DNA of 64,000 nt from Candidatus Omnitrophota bacterium (GCA_035402765.1 DAONDX010000002.1:1173-65172), one strand, 5' to 3'; numbered from the stretch's first letter, positions 46,262 through 56,285 are shown. Made by a program: numbers and translations. Notes: generated by a model from the sequence alone, not told the origin.

Positions 46262-46932
46262 GTTAGTTTCCTTTTTAAATAGATGAATACGTCTTTTAAA
46301 TTATGAAAAGCCATATAATCCAGCTTACTGTCTTTAAGATGGTTGAGCAGATGGTCTTTAGCAAAAACCACCTGGGCATGTTTAGCCGGGCAGATATCTG
46401 ATTCTCCGTCGCCAACATAAATCACGATGGCGTCTTTGGGAGTTTTGGCTAAAAGATTTTTGGTTTTACAATGCGCGCAAATCTGGCAATCTTTAGCTTT
46501 ATAGGGATAATCCGTAGTTATCTTTCCCTTCGAAAAATTTAATTTATTAGCGTAAACCTTAAGTTTATTAATTCCGTTGATCTTTAAAACCCGGTTAAGG
46601 ATATAATCATAATTATCGCTTAAAACCAGGGTTTTAACTTTTTTAGCTAACAAAAATTTATAGATGGGCTTAAAATACGGATCCAGCTTGATCTTAGGCA
46701 GATAAGCATCCAGGGATTTTTTATTTAAATCCATTCCCCGCAGCTGGCCTTCCAGGCAAGTTTTGGAACCGATCCGGCCGGACTTCCATCTTTTTTCCAA
46801 CTCTACCCAGCGGTCATCTTTGGAAAAAAGCAAGAGCATGTTATCAAAAACATCGCAGGTGGCAATCGTATTATCAAAATCAAAAAATACAATGCATTTT
46901 TTAGGGTTGAATTGGTTACTTTCTGGGGTCAT
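46258..46932 (-). CDS. HAD-superfamily hydrolase (phosphatase-like)
   Basis: FFDFDNTIA DxDxT motif; 4-nt overlap with the aminotransferase. Confidence 0.6.
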   Translation of the reverse strand: MTPESNQFNPKKCIVFFDFDNTIATCDVFDNMLLLFSKDDRWVELEKRWKSGRIGSKTCLEGQLRGMDLNKKSLDAYLPKIKLDPYFKPIYKFLLAKKVKTLVLSDNYDYILNRVLKINGINKLKVYANKLNFSKGKITTDYPYKAKDCQICAHCKTKNLLAKTPKDAIVIYVGDGESDICPAKHAQVVFAKDHLLNHLKDSKLDYMAFHNLKDVFIYLKRKLT

Positions 46933-46974
46933 ATAAAAAAGCTGAAAAAATATACCCCTATTGATTTATAGGGG
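46933..46974 (-). terminator. Terminator-like hairpin (CCCCTAT.../...ATAGGGG, then a T-run) abutting the HAD start codon; a candidate promoter TTGACA-17-TAAAAT lies just upstream (~46990-47030)
   Basis: Seen directly. Leaves no room for an SD upstream of the HAD ATG. Confidence 0.4.
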
Positions 46975-47103
46975 TAAAATGTTGGCTAAATCAACTGTTA
47001 AGTTATTTTAGCCCTAACTCCTGAAGCTGTCAATACCAATTTTAAAGCTTAAATTACATAAATCGCCCATAAAACACCCTGCCGAAGAGAATTCTTAAGC
47101 AGT

Positions 47104-48108
47104 TTAACAAAAAACTCCGGGTAAGACTGCCTGGCAAAATCCGCACCGGTTTTGCTCAAGATGCCTCTCTGTTATCTTAAATCCTTCCCGTTTAATCAAA
47201 AGCTTGTGGCACTTTGCGCAGAGAGTATCCTGGCCCCAGGCATCAAAATTTCCGGCGTACACATAATGCAGCCCCTGGTTTTTACCTGAATCGTAAGCCA
47301 ATTTAAGCGTACGTTCGGGAGTATGGCAATAATTTTTAAATTTATAATCCGGGTGAAAACATGAGATATGCCAGGGAATGTCTTTGTTTACCCCGGCAAT
47401 AAATTTGGCGATGGCCGTCAGTTCCTCCGAGGTATCATTTTCGCCCGGAATAATCAAAGTAGTAATTTCGACCCACACCCCGGCGGCTTTTAATGATTGT
47501 ATGGAATCCAGAACCGGGCTGAGCTTGGCCGAACATATCTTTTGATAAGAAGCTTCCTTAAAGAATTTTAGATCAATATTAGCCGCATCCAAATACGGAG
47601 TAAGCAAAGTAACCGCAGCCGGGCTCATATAACCGTTAGTCACAAAAATATTGCGCAAACCTGCCGCTTTAGCTAATCGGGCTGTCTCTAAAGCAAACTC
47701 AAAATAAACCGTTGGCTCAGTGTAAGTATAGGCTATGCTGCGGCAATCCGACTGCTGCCCCAGCCTGACCACCTGGTCTGGGCTGAAATCTTCACCCGGA
47801 TTCTGATCAAGACAGCTAAGCTGTGAAATTTCCCAATTTTGGCAGAAACCGCAACGGAAATTACACCCGGCGGCGGCAATAGAAAAAGCGCCCGTTCCGG
47901 GAAGAAAATGATACAGCGGCTTTTTTTCAACCGGATCAATATTGGCAGCTACTAAGCGGGCATAATTACAGGTATAAAGGATGCCGGAGATATTCTTTCT
48001 TACCTGGCAAAAACCGAATTTCCCGTCCGGGATTATACAGTTATGCGCACAAAGCCGGCAATGCACCGCTAAATTTTCCAGACCCTCATAAAGCAAAGCT
48101 TCTTTCAT
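47104..48108 (-). CDS. AmmeMemoRadiSam-system-type radical SAM enzyme (PFL-activase-like)
   Basis: CxLCxHxCxI N-terminal Cys cluster plus CNFRCGFCQNW radical-SAM motif. Confidence 0.7.
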   Translation of the reverse strand: MKEALLYEGLENLAVHCRLCAHNCIIPDGKFGFCQVRKNISGILYTCNYARLVAANIDPVEKKPLYHFLPGTGAFSIAAAGCNFRCGFCQNWEISQLSCLDQNPGEDFSPDQVVRLGQQSDCRSIAYTYTEPTVYFEFALETARLAKAAGLRNIFVTNGYMSPAAVTLLTPYLDAANIDLKFFKEASYQKICSAKLSPVLDSIQSLKAAGVWVEITTLIIPGENDTSEELTAIAKFIAGVNKDIPWHISCFHPDYKFKNYCHTPERTLKLAYDSGKNQGLHYVYAGNFDAWGQDTLCAKCHKLLIKREGFKITERHLEQNRCGFCQAVLPGVFC

Positions 48109-49085
48109 ATAAATAAGTGCTTAAATCTTTCTTTCGGCAGATGCGCAACCGGATGCGCGCAATTCCGGATTTGCGGGACCTGCCGGTAAAGCACCTCTAT
48201 TTTCTCTAACCCTCTGACATCGGTATAAGCCGAAGTTATCTGAGAAGCAAGAGCGATTAATTCGGGATTAATCACCCCTCTGGCCAGACAAGTCGGGCCG
48301 GCCAGATCCTGAGGGGGGCTAAACAAATAGTCCCCCGGACAAGCTAAGCCGGCCAGCTGATTATTTTCACCTTCATTCCTGCCAACCACCAACCTGGTAG
48401 CGCTTCCTAATCGAAAATGCCGGCCGATTTTTAGAAGTTCAAGATTTTCCAGGCTTAATTCTTGATGTTCCAGGAGTTCAACCAACCTTTTGGAAAAACC
48501 CGGATCAGTCAACAGGCATCCTCCGGCAGGAGTAGCGTAATTATTTAATCCCAGATCATGCGCCAGTTGCATTTGAGGAGTACGCAGGCGGCCGTTAAAA
48601 TTCAGCAACTTTTCCCGCTTAACCCAGCCTTCTTTTTCCGCCAGACTCGGGGGAAAGAACTGGGCGGAGAGCGGCCGCAATAATAAATCCTCCAGCCCGC
48701 TTCTATATTTTATTAGCTTTAAAGCCTGTTTGGTTTGAGACATCGGGCGCTGCCCCAACACTTCGCCGGTAATAATAAACTGGGCGCCCAATTCGGGCAT
48801 TAATTCCCTGGCTTTACTGAACATCAGGATCTTGCAATCAATACAAGGATTCATGTTAGAACCAAAGCCGTAATGCGGCGCCTGGATCAGCTTAAGAAAC
48901 TCTTGCCCCAAATCCACTTCGATTATTTTTATACCGATATCCGGGAAACTTTTTTTGATATTTATTTTACAGAAAGGAATTTTGAAATGTAACCCGACAA
49001 CTTCACATCCCTGGTCGCAAATAAGCTTGGCGGCCAAAAGACTATCTAAGCCACCGGAAATTAAAGCTATCGCCTTAACGCTCAT
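48105..49085 (-). CDS. PP-loop ATPase, MnmA/ThiI-like putative tRNA sulfurtransferase
   Basis: SGGLDSLLAA PP-loop; NPCIDC Cys pair as in MnmA. Confidence 0.5.
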   Translation of the reverse strand: MSVKAIALISGGLDSLLAAKLICDQGCEVVGLHFKIPFCKINIKKSFPDIGIKIIEVDLGQEFLKLIQAPHYGFGSNMNPCIDCKILMFSKARELMPELGAQFIITGEVLGQRPMSQTKQALKLIKYRSGLEDLLLRPLSAQFFPPSLAEKEGWVKREKLLNFNGRLRTPQMQLAHDLGLNNYATPAGGCLLTDPGFSKRLVELLEHQELSLENLELLKIGRHFRLGSATRLVVGRNEGENNQLAGLACPGDYLFSPPQDLAGPTCLARGVINPELIALASQITSAYTDVRGLEKIEVLYRQVPQIRNCAHPVAHLPKERFKHLFI

Positions 49086-49094
49086 AAAATTTTA

Positions 49095-49838
49095 CTAACT
49101 TGGCAAGAATTTATTGGCTAGTGCCATAAATACTATTCCCAGCAAAAATGCGGAAAAAGCGGCCATTGATCGTTTGAGATCGTTTTCTTTATGCAGCTCC
49201 GGGATTAGATCGCTGGTGGCAATATAAATAAACCCGCCGGCGGTAAGAGGCAGAATAATACCGGAAAAACCCTGGATATAATCGTTAATAAAATAACCCG
49301 CCAAAGCTCCGATCATCGCCATCAGAGCAGAAGCAAAATTAAAGAAAAGCGCTTTTTTCTTGGTAAAACCGCCATAGACTAAAATGGCAAAATCACTTAA
49401 TTCCTGAGGTATCTCATGCAGAATGATTGCCAAAGTGGTTACCAGACCCAGTTGGATGGAAACGACGAAACTAGCCGCGATAACCATTCCATCGACAAAA
49501 TTATGAAAGCCATCGCCGACTAAAGTCAAATAAGTAAAAGCGTGAGTTTTGCAGGCTCCTTCTTCATGGCAATGGCGCCAGTGCAAAAACCTCTCCATAA
49601 TGAAGAAAATTATAATGCCCAAAATCAGAAAAGAAAAAACTGTGCTGCTTTTAGTATTTTCCAGGCATTCCGGAAGGATGTGTAAAAAAGCGCTGCCGAT
49701 CAGGGCCCCGGCGGAAAAACCCACCAGGCAAAAAAGGATCTTGTGCAATAAATCATCCTTGATCGCCAGGGTAAAGATACCCACCAAAGAAATAAGACTG
49801 ACTAAAAACGTGCTTGAGAGAATCCAGAATAAAACCAT
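49095..49838 (-). CDS. zupT: ZIP-family metal transporter
   Basis: HEIPQELSDFAIL, the conserved ZIP motif in TM4/5. Confidence 0.75.
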   Translation of the reverse strand: MVLFWILSSTFLVSLISLVGIFTLAIKDDLLHKILFCLVGFSAGALIGSAFLHILPECLENTKSSTVFSFLILGIIIFFIMERFLHWRHCHEEGACKTHAFTYLTLVGDGFHNFVDGMVIAASFVVSIQLGLVTTLAIILHEIPQELSDFAILVYGGFTKKKALFFNFASALMAMIGALAGYFINDYIQGFSGIILPLTAGGFIYIATSDLIPELHKENDLKRSMAAFSAFLLGIVFMALANKFLPS

Positions 49839-49931
49839 TTGTAGGAATTTAACCTAAATTAGGTTTTCTACCCTTATTCGCTTTCTTGGAACGCCAATTA
49901 AGCTTTCCCCTGCGTTTTCTTTTTCCCATGT

Positions 49932-50576
49932 TTACTCCTTATAGTAGTTTTGTGGCACATTTTGTACGATAAAACGTCCAGACTCAACGATACAATCATG
50001 GATAACCTTGTTCATCGGAGTCCCGGTGTAATCACTCAAACCGTTCCGGAAAACTTTGTCCTGAGGAAACTTTATTTTTTTACCGGGATTCCCCACGACC
50101 TGGCTTTGAATATCCCGGCTGCTGATGACCTCTAAAGAAACCCGGTCAACAATGCGCAAATTTAATTGCATATTGGCTTTGTTTAAAACTTCACCCAATA
50201 AACCGCCCATAAAGCTGCTGGCGCTGCTGCCTCCGCCGGCTAAACCGGCCTTGCCCCCGGAATTTTCTGGGACAAATTCAACAATCCCGACGCTAATAAT
50301 CAGATCCGCATCTTGCGGGGCGACGATGGCAAAACGCTTGGTGCTGTTTAAAATATTAACCAGATATTCCTTCAAGGCTTGACTGATCTGAACATCTACC
50401 CCGGAAGTTTTTAATTCAAAATCATTAACGGCAATCTTGGCCTGCGGCCCCTGATAAGGGTTCACCCATTCTCCGGTAGGGGTCTTATCCAACACCGAGT
50501 GCGATTTCATCGAAAAACACCCGCTTAAGGATATCAAAATTAAAGCGTAACTCAAAAATTTAAAACTTTTTTTCAT
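49932..50576 (-). CDS. Lipoprotein, CsgG/LpoB-like (weak)
   Basis: Lipobox LSGC; KIAVNDFELKTSG resembles the CsgG-family N-terminal motif. Confidence 0.35.
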   Translation of the reverse strand: MKKSFKFLSYALILISLSGCFSMKSHSVLDKTPTGEWVNPYQGPQAKIAVNDFELKTSGVDVQISQALKEYLVNILNSTKRFAIVAPQDADLIISVGIVEFVPENSGGKAGLAGGGSSASSFMGGLLGEVLNKANMQLNLRIVDRVSLEVISSRDIQSQVVGNPGKKIKFPQDKVFRNGLSDYTGTPMNKVIHDCIVESGRFIVQNVPQNYYKE

Positions 50577-50631
50577 ATTAGGCTTTTAATATATTACCGA
50601 TTAGCCGGACTGTCAAGGATAATCCCCCCCG

Positions 50632-51282
50632 CTAAAGCAGATCCGCCAGACGGTTGATTGCGGGAAAGATTTTAAAAGGTTGTTCTTTTTCAATTTCCGC
50701 CCTGCTGCTTGAGCCGCTGGTTACGATTAACGTGTTAATTTTTGCGCGCCGGCCGGCTTGCGCGTCAATCGCCATATCCCCGACATATAAAGCTTGAGAT
50801 TTTTTAACCGCAAACCGCTTAACGATTTTATTCAACATCTCCGGATGAGGTTTGCCGTGCCCGGACTGATCCGCGCAAAGCACATAGTCAAAAAAAATGC
50901 CGATCTTCAAATGCCGTAATAAAATACGCGAAAATTTACTCGGCCGGTTGCTGGCTACTGCTAATTTGTAGCCTTTTTTCTTCAAGCCTGCCAAAAGGGC
51001 CCTGGCACCGGGATATAAATATGTATATTTGATTAAACTATGCCGGTGATGGGCGCGATATAAATTTAACGCCTGTTTTAAGCCTTGCGCAGGCACATAC
51101 GGCTTAAGTAAATTTATGTCTCCCCATCCGACCAAGCTGCGGACAACTTTGGCACTTTGCGGTTTTAGCCCTAACCGGCACATCACATAATTAAAACTTT
51201 CACTGATCGCCCCATAAGCATCCACCAGGGTCCCGTCCAAATCAAAAATAATTAACTTTATATTTTCCATAATAGAAGCCAA
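50632..51282 (-). CDS. HAD-superfamily hydrolase (phosphoglycolate-phosphatase-like)
   Basis: IIFDLDGTLVD; C-terminal GDxxxD. Confidence 0.7.
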   Translation of the reverse strand: MASIMENIKLIIFDLDGTLVDAYGAISESFNYVMCRLGLKPQSAKVVRSLVGWGDINLLKPYVPAQGLKQALNLYRAHHRHSLIKYTYLYPGARALLAGLKKKGYKLAVASNRPSKFSRILLRHLKIGIFFDYVLCADQSGHGKPHPEMLNKIVKRFAVKKSQALYVGDMAIDAQAGRRAKINTLIVTSGSSSRAEIEKEQPFKIFPAINRLADLL

Positions 51283-51414
51283 ACGGCAATGCCGCTTGAT
51301 GTAATAAAACCTATTTACAAAACTTAGGCAGGGTTTTTTAAGCCCTGCCTTTAAATACTTTGCTTTAAATTAAAAGTCTTATATTTTTAACCGGCAAAAT
51401 ACCCCGCAAACCAA

Positions 51415-52062
51415 TTATTGGACTTGTCCCTGGGTAACCGGCGCGGATTCCTGCGCTACCGCGGCAGATTCCGGAGGTGTTGCCGGTACTGCGGTTGCCG
51501 CGGATGAATCAGCCGGAGTCTCCAATTTAACTGCCGGCTGCTCTAAACTGGGAATGGCTGTCTCTACGGCAGATTGTCCGGCATTAACCGGAGGCTGGGC
51601 TGTTTCTAACGCCGCAGCAGGCGGCAGTTTATTCTCGGCCGTATTTTCAGAGGCTACAGCTATGACATCCGGCTTTTCATAACTAATATTTTTAGCGATA
51701 TTTTTATTATCCACTCCCGTCACATAATCAATACTTAAAGTATCTTTTAATTTCAACTCGCTAAAATCCTTGATATTCTCAAAAGTCGTCTTTTCATCAA
51801 CGGCAAGGTCCATCTCTTTTTCCTGGTCAGTTTCATAATCCAGGTATTTCAAAGTTAGGATCTTAGCCTGGCTATCTAAATTAGTTACCTCTCCCCAAGC
51901 CCACTGCATGTCAGTTTCTTTCGGACTCAAAGTCTCCGGGCCGGAAATAATCGTTCCGGAATCAGCCGGCGCTACCGCTGTTTCTTCCGCAAAACCAAAC
52001 TGCGCAGCCGCCATCATTACCGCAACCAAACCGGATAAAATAACCTCTTTTTTCAAATTCAT
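51415..52062 (-). CDS. Secreted acidic low-complexity protein
   Basis: Signal peptide; Pro/Ala/Glu-rich C-terminus; a TTGACA-17-TAATTT promoter lies upstream at ~52175-52205. Confidence 0.4.
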   Translation of the reverse strand: MNLKKEVILSGLVAVMMAAAQFGFAEETAVAPADSGTIISGPETLSPKETDMQWAWGEVTNLDSQAKILTLKYLDYETDQEKEMDLAVDEKTTFENIKDFSELKLKDTLSIDYVTGVDNKNIAKNISYEKPDVIAVASENTAENKLPPAAALETAQPPVNAGQSAVETAIPSLEQPAVKLETPADSSAATAVPATPPESAAVAQESAPVTQGQVQ

Positions 52063-52257
52063 CTTACGCCTCCTTAAATAAGCCCTTCGCTAAAAAACGC
52101 CAAGAACGAATTTATCCTAAATTTGCAGAAGAAAATCTTAAAAACTGACCCGCTCAAACAGGAAAATGCCCTGATTAAGCATCAAATTATCATAAGATTT
52201 TCTGCTTGTCAAGTTATCTATAAAGCAGCAAAATGATTTGTCCGGAGGCTCTTTGGA

Positions 52258-52827
52258 TTAATAAAGAGCTTCTTTAATCCGCCCGCGCAGCTGATTATAA
52301 ACTACCGCCGCCAGGGCAACTTTTAAGATATCGCCCGCTACAAAGGGTAAAAATCCCAATAACCAGGCTTGACTTAACGAAATAGACATACTAACCTTTA
52401 ACCAAAACATGCCGGTGAACAAAATAATAAAATCCGCAACTAGCAACTTAATGAAAACAACAGGCCCGCTTTGTTTTTCTTCCGTCAAAAGGCTGCCTGC
52501 CAAGAAAGAAGCCAGGATAAAACCCGCAATATAACCGCCGGTAGGGCCCAATAAATAAAGACCTCCGCTGCCCAGACCGGTGAATACCTGTTGGCCGGTA
52601 AAACCTAAAAACATATAAGCAGCCTGAGTAACTGTTCCCAGCTTCTTGCCTAATAACGCGCCGGAAAGCAAAACAAAAAAAGTCTGTAAAGTAAGCGGTA
52701 CGGGAGTGAAAGGCAGGGGAATACGTACAAAAGCCGATAAAGCCGTTAGAATAATAAAAACCCCCACGGAAAACAGGCGGCAGAACCTTTTATCGCTGAT
52801 TAACTCTCTTTTAATGATCAATTCCAT
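52258..52827 (-). CDS. bioY: BioY-family biotin transporter (ECF S-component)
   Basis: VPLTLQTFFVLLSGALLG signature. Confidence 0.8.
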   Translation of the reverse strand: MELIIKRELISDKRFCRLFSVGVFIILTALSAFVRIPLPFTPVPLTLQTFFVLLSGALLGKKLGTVTQAAYMFLGFTGQQVFTGLGSGGLYLLGPTGGYIAGFILASFLAGSLLTEEKQSGPVVFIKLLVADFIILFTGMFWLKVSMSISLSQAWLLGFLPFVAGDILKVALAAVVYNQLRGRIKEALY

Positions 52828-52988
52828 TTGCGTCTCCTAAGATTATGGTTAGATTAATAAATCCAATATATTATATATGAAAACTAAATAATAGCAAAAG
52901 AAATAGGGAGCCTGAAAAATGAAGCTGGCGCTATCGGTTTTCAAATTTTTTAAACCGAAGGCGCCAGCTTTATTTTTTTAGCTTTTCC

Positions 52989-53213
52989 TTATTCTTTAGC
53001 GATAGCTAAAGTAATCACTCCCACTAAAATCAGGAACAATCCGATGCCACCCTTGATAATTACCATCAATTCACTCCAAAATTTCAAAATTGCCCAGGCG
53101 CCTAGAGCTAAGAATAACAAACCCAGAACAACTTTGAAAAATGTAGCTAAGGCCTTCTTGGGATCGCAACACTTCTTTTCAGTATCACAACATTTTTTCT
53201 CTTCTGCTGCCAT
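52989..53213 (-). CDS. Small (74 aa) membrane protein with an N-terminal EKKCCD-x-EKKCCD tandem motif
   Basis: MAAEEKKCCDTEKKCCDPKK followed by two TM helices. Confidence 0.35.
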   Translation of the reverse strand: MAAEEKKCCDTEKKCCDPKKALATFFKVVLGLLFLALGAWAILKFWSELMVIIKGGIGLFLILVGVITLAIAKE

Positions 53214-53244
53214 CAAACACCTCCTTTTTATAATATAATTATTA

Positions 53245-54162
53245 TCACTTACCGGCCGGCCGGGATTTCCATCTGCGGTGGATCCAACCCCACTCTGCAG
53301 GATATTTGCGAATATAGGCTTCAATAATATTAGTGAGCCTTTGGATATTTACTGAAATTGTATCCCGGGAATCCTGACCGGCAATTAATTCCAATTCCGG
53401 CTCAAAGATTATCCTATGCCGATCATCAGGCTGCCTGAGAATAAAACAAGGCACCAACGCAGCTTTGGTCCTTTGCGCTAGAATTACCGGCCCGGTGGCG
53501 GTAGCGGCTTTTTCGCCGAAAAAATCTACGAATATTCCCCCCGTACCGAAATTCTGATCAATCGGTATAAAGAGCAACTCATTATTGCGCAGAGCATTAA
53601 TCGATTCATTGACGCATTCTTTACGCGGCAGGCTGTAAATCGTCCTTACTCCGAATTTTTCTCTTTTTTTAAAAAAAATCTTCTCCATCCTGGCATCATG
53701 CATCGGTTTCATGATCCCCCCCGCCTTATAGCCCTCAACCGCTAATCTGCCCAAAAGCAGCGGGAAATTACCAAAATGCGCGCTCACCAGAATAACCCCC
53801 CGGCCGGCCGCTAAGGCCTTGTCCAGGTTCTCTTGCCCCTGGATCTCAACCCGGCTTTTTAAAGCCTGGGGTTTATCGAAAAAAAACATCAACTCTACTG
53901 CGCCTTTAGCCATATAAATAAAACAGTCTCTGGCTATGCTTTCGATTTCCGAGGCCGTTTTCTCTTTGCCGAAAGCGATCCCTAAACTATTCAGGGCGAT
54001 ATTTCTATGTTTTTTAGCAAAAATATACGCCAAATTGGCCATATTTTTGGCAAAAGCATAGAGACAGTTCGCCGGAATCACCTGAACTATCAAAGAACAT
54101 ATACTTATCCCTAGCCAAGCCCCAAAGCGACTAAAAGTTTTACGAATTTTTTTAAGTTCCAT
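53245..54162 (-). CDS. LpxL/HtrB-family lipid A (Kdo2-lipid IVA) acyltransferase
   Basis: N-terminal TM; AHFGNF (HX4D-like) acyltransferase motif; ~305 aa. Confidence 0.6.
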   Translation of the reverse strand: MELKKIRKTFSRFGAWLGISICSLIVQVIPANCLYAFAKNMANLAYIFAKKHRNIALNSLGIAFGKEKTASEIESIARDCFIYMAKGAVELMFFFDKPQALKSRVEIQGQENLDKALAAGRGVILVSAHFGNFPLLLGRLAVEGYKAGGIMKPMHDARMEKIFFKKREKFGVRTIYSLPRKECVNESINALRNNELLFIPIDQNFGTGGIFVDFFGEKAATATGPVILAQRTKAALVPCFILRQPDDRHRIIFEPELELIAGQDSRDTISVNIQRLTNIIEAYIRKYPAEWGWIHRRWKSRPAGK

Positions 54163-54181
54163 TTTAATTTAAGTTAGCCAA

Positions 54182-54209
54182 ATTATAACAAACTGCTTTT
54201 AAATTGCAA
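54182..54209 (-). promoter_or_regulatory. Strong promoter TTGCAA-16-TATAAT for the LpxL-like gene; a 9-bp inverted repeat GCTAGATCA...TGATCTAGC lies upstream at 54237..54281
   Basis: Seen directly. Confidence 0.45.
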
Positions 54210-54299
54210 GAAAAAACAATCTTAATCTGCGCTCAAGCTAGATCAAACCACTTAAAATCATCTTCCGGGGGATGATCTAGCGGGCGCAAAGATAATATT

Positions 54300-54785
54300 T
54301 TAAAGCTTATAGCCGATTTTGCGTAAAAGGTTCTTGCGCCAAGTGATATCGGAAGCCTCTTCCACGCCCGAAGGGACTGCCCCATCAATCACTCCTAATA
54401 TCCCGCGGCCGGCCGGGCTCTGAGCCACGATTACTTCTGTAGGATTGGCGGTAGCACAATATATATTGCACACCTCGGGAATATTCTTAATCGCGTTAAG
54501 CACATTAACCGGGTAGGCTTCTTTGAGAAAAATAATGAAGCTGTGTCCGCAGGCAAGCTCCAGCATATTCTTACCGGCTAGATCCACCAGGGCCGGATCA
54601 TTACCTTCACGCCTTATTTTACATGCCCCCGATGCTTCAGCAAAAGCTAAACCGAATTTTATCCCGGGGACGCTATTCATTAAAGTTTCATAAAGATCCT
54701 CGACAGTTTTAATAAAATGGCTTTGCCCTAAAATAAAATTCAAATCCAAAGGCTTATCGATCTTTACGCTTTTTAACTCCAGCAT
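54300..54785 (-). CDS. Adenosine-specific-kinase-like (PF04008/DUF355-like) small protein
   Basis: 161 aa. Family assignment from overall sequence resemblance only; moderate confidence. Confidence 0.4.
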   Translation of the reverse strand: MLELKSVKIDKPLDLNFILGQSHFIKTVEDLYETLMNSVPGIKFGLAFAEASGACKIRREGNDPALVDLAGKNMLELACGHSFIIFLKEAYPVNVLNAIKNIPEVCNIYCATANPTEVIVAQSPAGRGILGVIDGAVPSGVEEASDITWRKNLLRKIGYKL

Positions 54786-54800
54786 ATCCGCCCCTTTCTT

Positions 54801-56207
54801 TTACTTAATTTTTACTTTACGGAAGACTGCCACATCAATGGGCAAATTGCCATGATAGGCTTTAAGTGAAGTCAGCACATAATCCGGCTGCCCCAATAGC
54901 TTAATCGGAATTCTTATAATTAATGTGTTCTTACCGAAATCCACCCGGGTCTTAGGATTAATTACCCGTTTTTTAGAAGTAAATACTTTGTAACTTTTCC
55001 CCATGGTAATAATTCGTAACTTGGGCATTTGGGCAAAGGGGGTATTCTGGCTGTAGCCAAAAACATAAAATACTACCCCAAACCTGCTGCTTAATTTTTT
55101 AGGCTTATCTACGCGCATCACAAAATAACCGTCTTCTACGGCATAACTTACATTTCCTTTTTCCTCCAGCTGCTCAACCTGCTTTACATCTACCGGGAAG
55201 GTTTCTTCCCGATACATCTGCGAAGCATCCGAAAATAAAAGATCATTGTTTTTTGCTACCATCTGAGGTTTTAGCTCAAGCTCCGGATAATCGCTGAAGA
55301 GCTCATTTTTTCTGGCAAAAGAAAACAGATAAAAAGCGCTGGATTGAGTCTGGCTTTTATAAAAAAGGATCGCACGGTATTTTTTATCCAACTCCTCCGC
55401 CGACAAATCCAAAGATAGCCAGGCCAGTTGAGAATTCGTAAATTTATCCGGAGGATGCAGCCCCAGCTCAGGATGATAATGCCGCGGTTTCGGCCAGCCT
55501 ACACAATGCACAAGATAAGGATAAACTTGCGGTTTTTTTACCAGGCGGCTTTCCAAATCGCTCAAAGCCACCTGCAAGAATAAATAAAGCGCCTTGTGAT
55601 CAACATTAACATCGGCCGGATGCGAAACAAATATTTTATCGGGTTGATAATCCAGGATCTGCCTGGAAAGATCGGCCAAAATATTTTCTCCGATATATTC
55701 GGCCCCGTAAGAAGGATTATTTTCGTAGGGGACGCTGGAGATCCGGGTTAATCGATCGCGGAAAGGTTTATGCGTCTGCCAATATTTACCAAAGATCTCA
55801 AAAGTCCCGTAGTCCGGATAACCCAAAAACACTAAATCTTTCTCCGCTAACCCTAAAAACTTCATGGCCTTAATTGACTCTTTTTGGCGCACTTTACCTA
55901 AATGGATAAATTCACCCCGGCGCAGAGTAATTCTTTTTTCATAAACGATAAAGGCCAGCTCATTATGATCGCCGTTAGTTAAATAAACGATGCGTACCTG
56001 AGCGCCGGCGGCAAGCGCCTTTTGAATAACTCCGGCGCAGGCAATTGACTCATCATCCGGATGCGGGGCAAGGATTAAAACGCGTTCATCTTTCTTAAAT
56101 GGCTCTAATTTATATTGCAAGCGGCCGGCCAAATCCGGCTTGGCCAGACTAACGCAGCCGGAAAGCAGCAAAACCAATCCCCCGATCAATATTCCATTCT
56201 TAAACAT
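54801..56207 (-). CDS. PIG-L/LmbE-family N-deacetylase domain protein with a large C-terminal domain of unknown function
   Basis: LILAPHPDDESIACAG, the metal-binding HPDDE motif. Confidence 0.6.
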   Translation of the reverse strand: MFKNGILIGGLVLLLSGCVSLAKPDLAGRLQYKLEPFKKDERVLILAPHPDDESIACAGVIQKALAAGAQVRIVYLTNGDHNELAFIVYEKRITLRRGEFIHLGKVRQKESIKAMKFLGLAEKDLVFLGYPDYGTFEIFGKYWQTHKPFRDRLTRISSVPYENNPSYGAEYIGENILADLSRQILDYQPDKIFVSHPADVNVDHKALYLFLQVALSDLESRLVKKPQVYPYLVHCVGWPKPRHYHPELGLHPPDKFTNSQLAWLSLDLSAEELDKKYRAILFYKSQTQSSAFYLFSFARKNELFSDYPELELKPQMVAKNNDLLFSDASQMYREETFPVDVKQVEQLEEKGNVSYAVEDGYFVMRVDKPKKLSSRFGVVFYVFGYSQNTPFAQMPKLRIITMGKSYKVFTSKKRVINPKTRVDFGKNTLIIRIPIKLLGQPDYVLTSLKAYHGNLPIDVAVFRKVKIK

Positions 56208-56250
56208 GTTTACATTTTAGCATTTAACCATTCTTTAATCGAGTAAATAA

Positions 56251-56279
56251 TTTACAAAACCCGATAATTATTATACAAT
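56251..56279 (+). promoter_or_regulatory. Promoter TTTACA-17-TACAAT ending 6 nt before the CDF ATG (predicts a leaderless mRNA)
   Basis: No SD between the -10 and the ATG. Confidence 0.4.
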
Positions 56280-56285
56280 GCTCTC

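Noticed and set aside
44846-46932. Aminotransferase plus HAD pair as part of a novel biosynthetic cluster
   Set aside because: Only two generic enzyme genes are involved, with no tailoring or transport partners on the same strand. There is not enough evidence to call a system.
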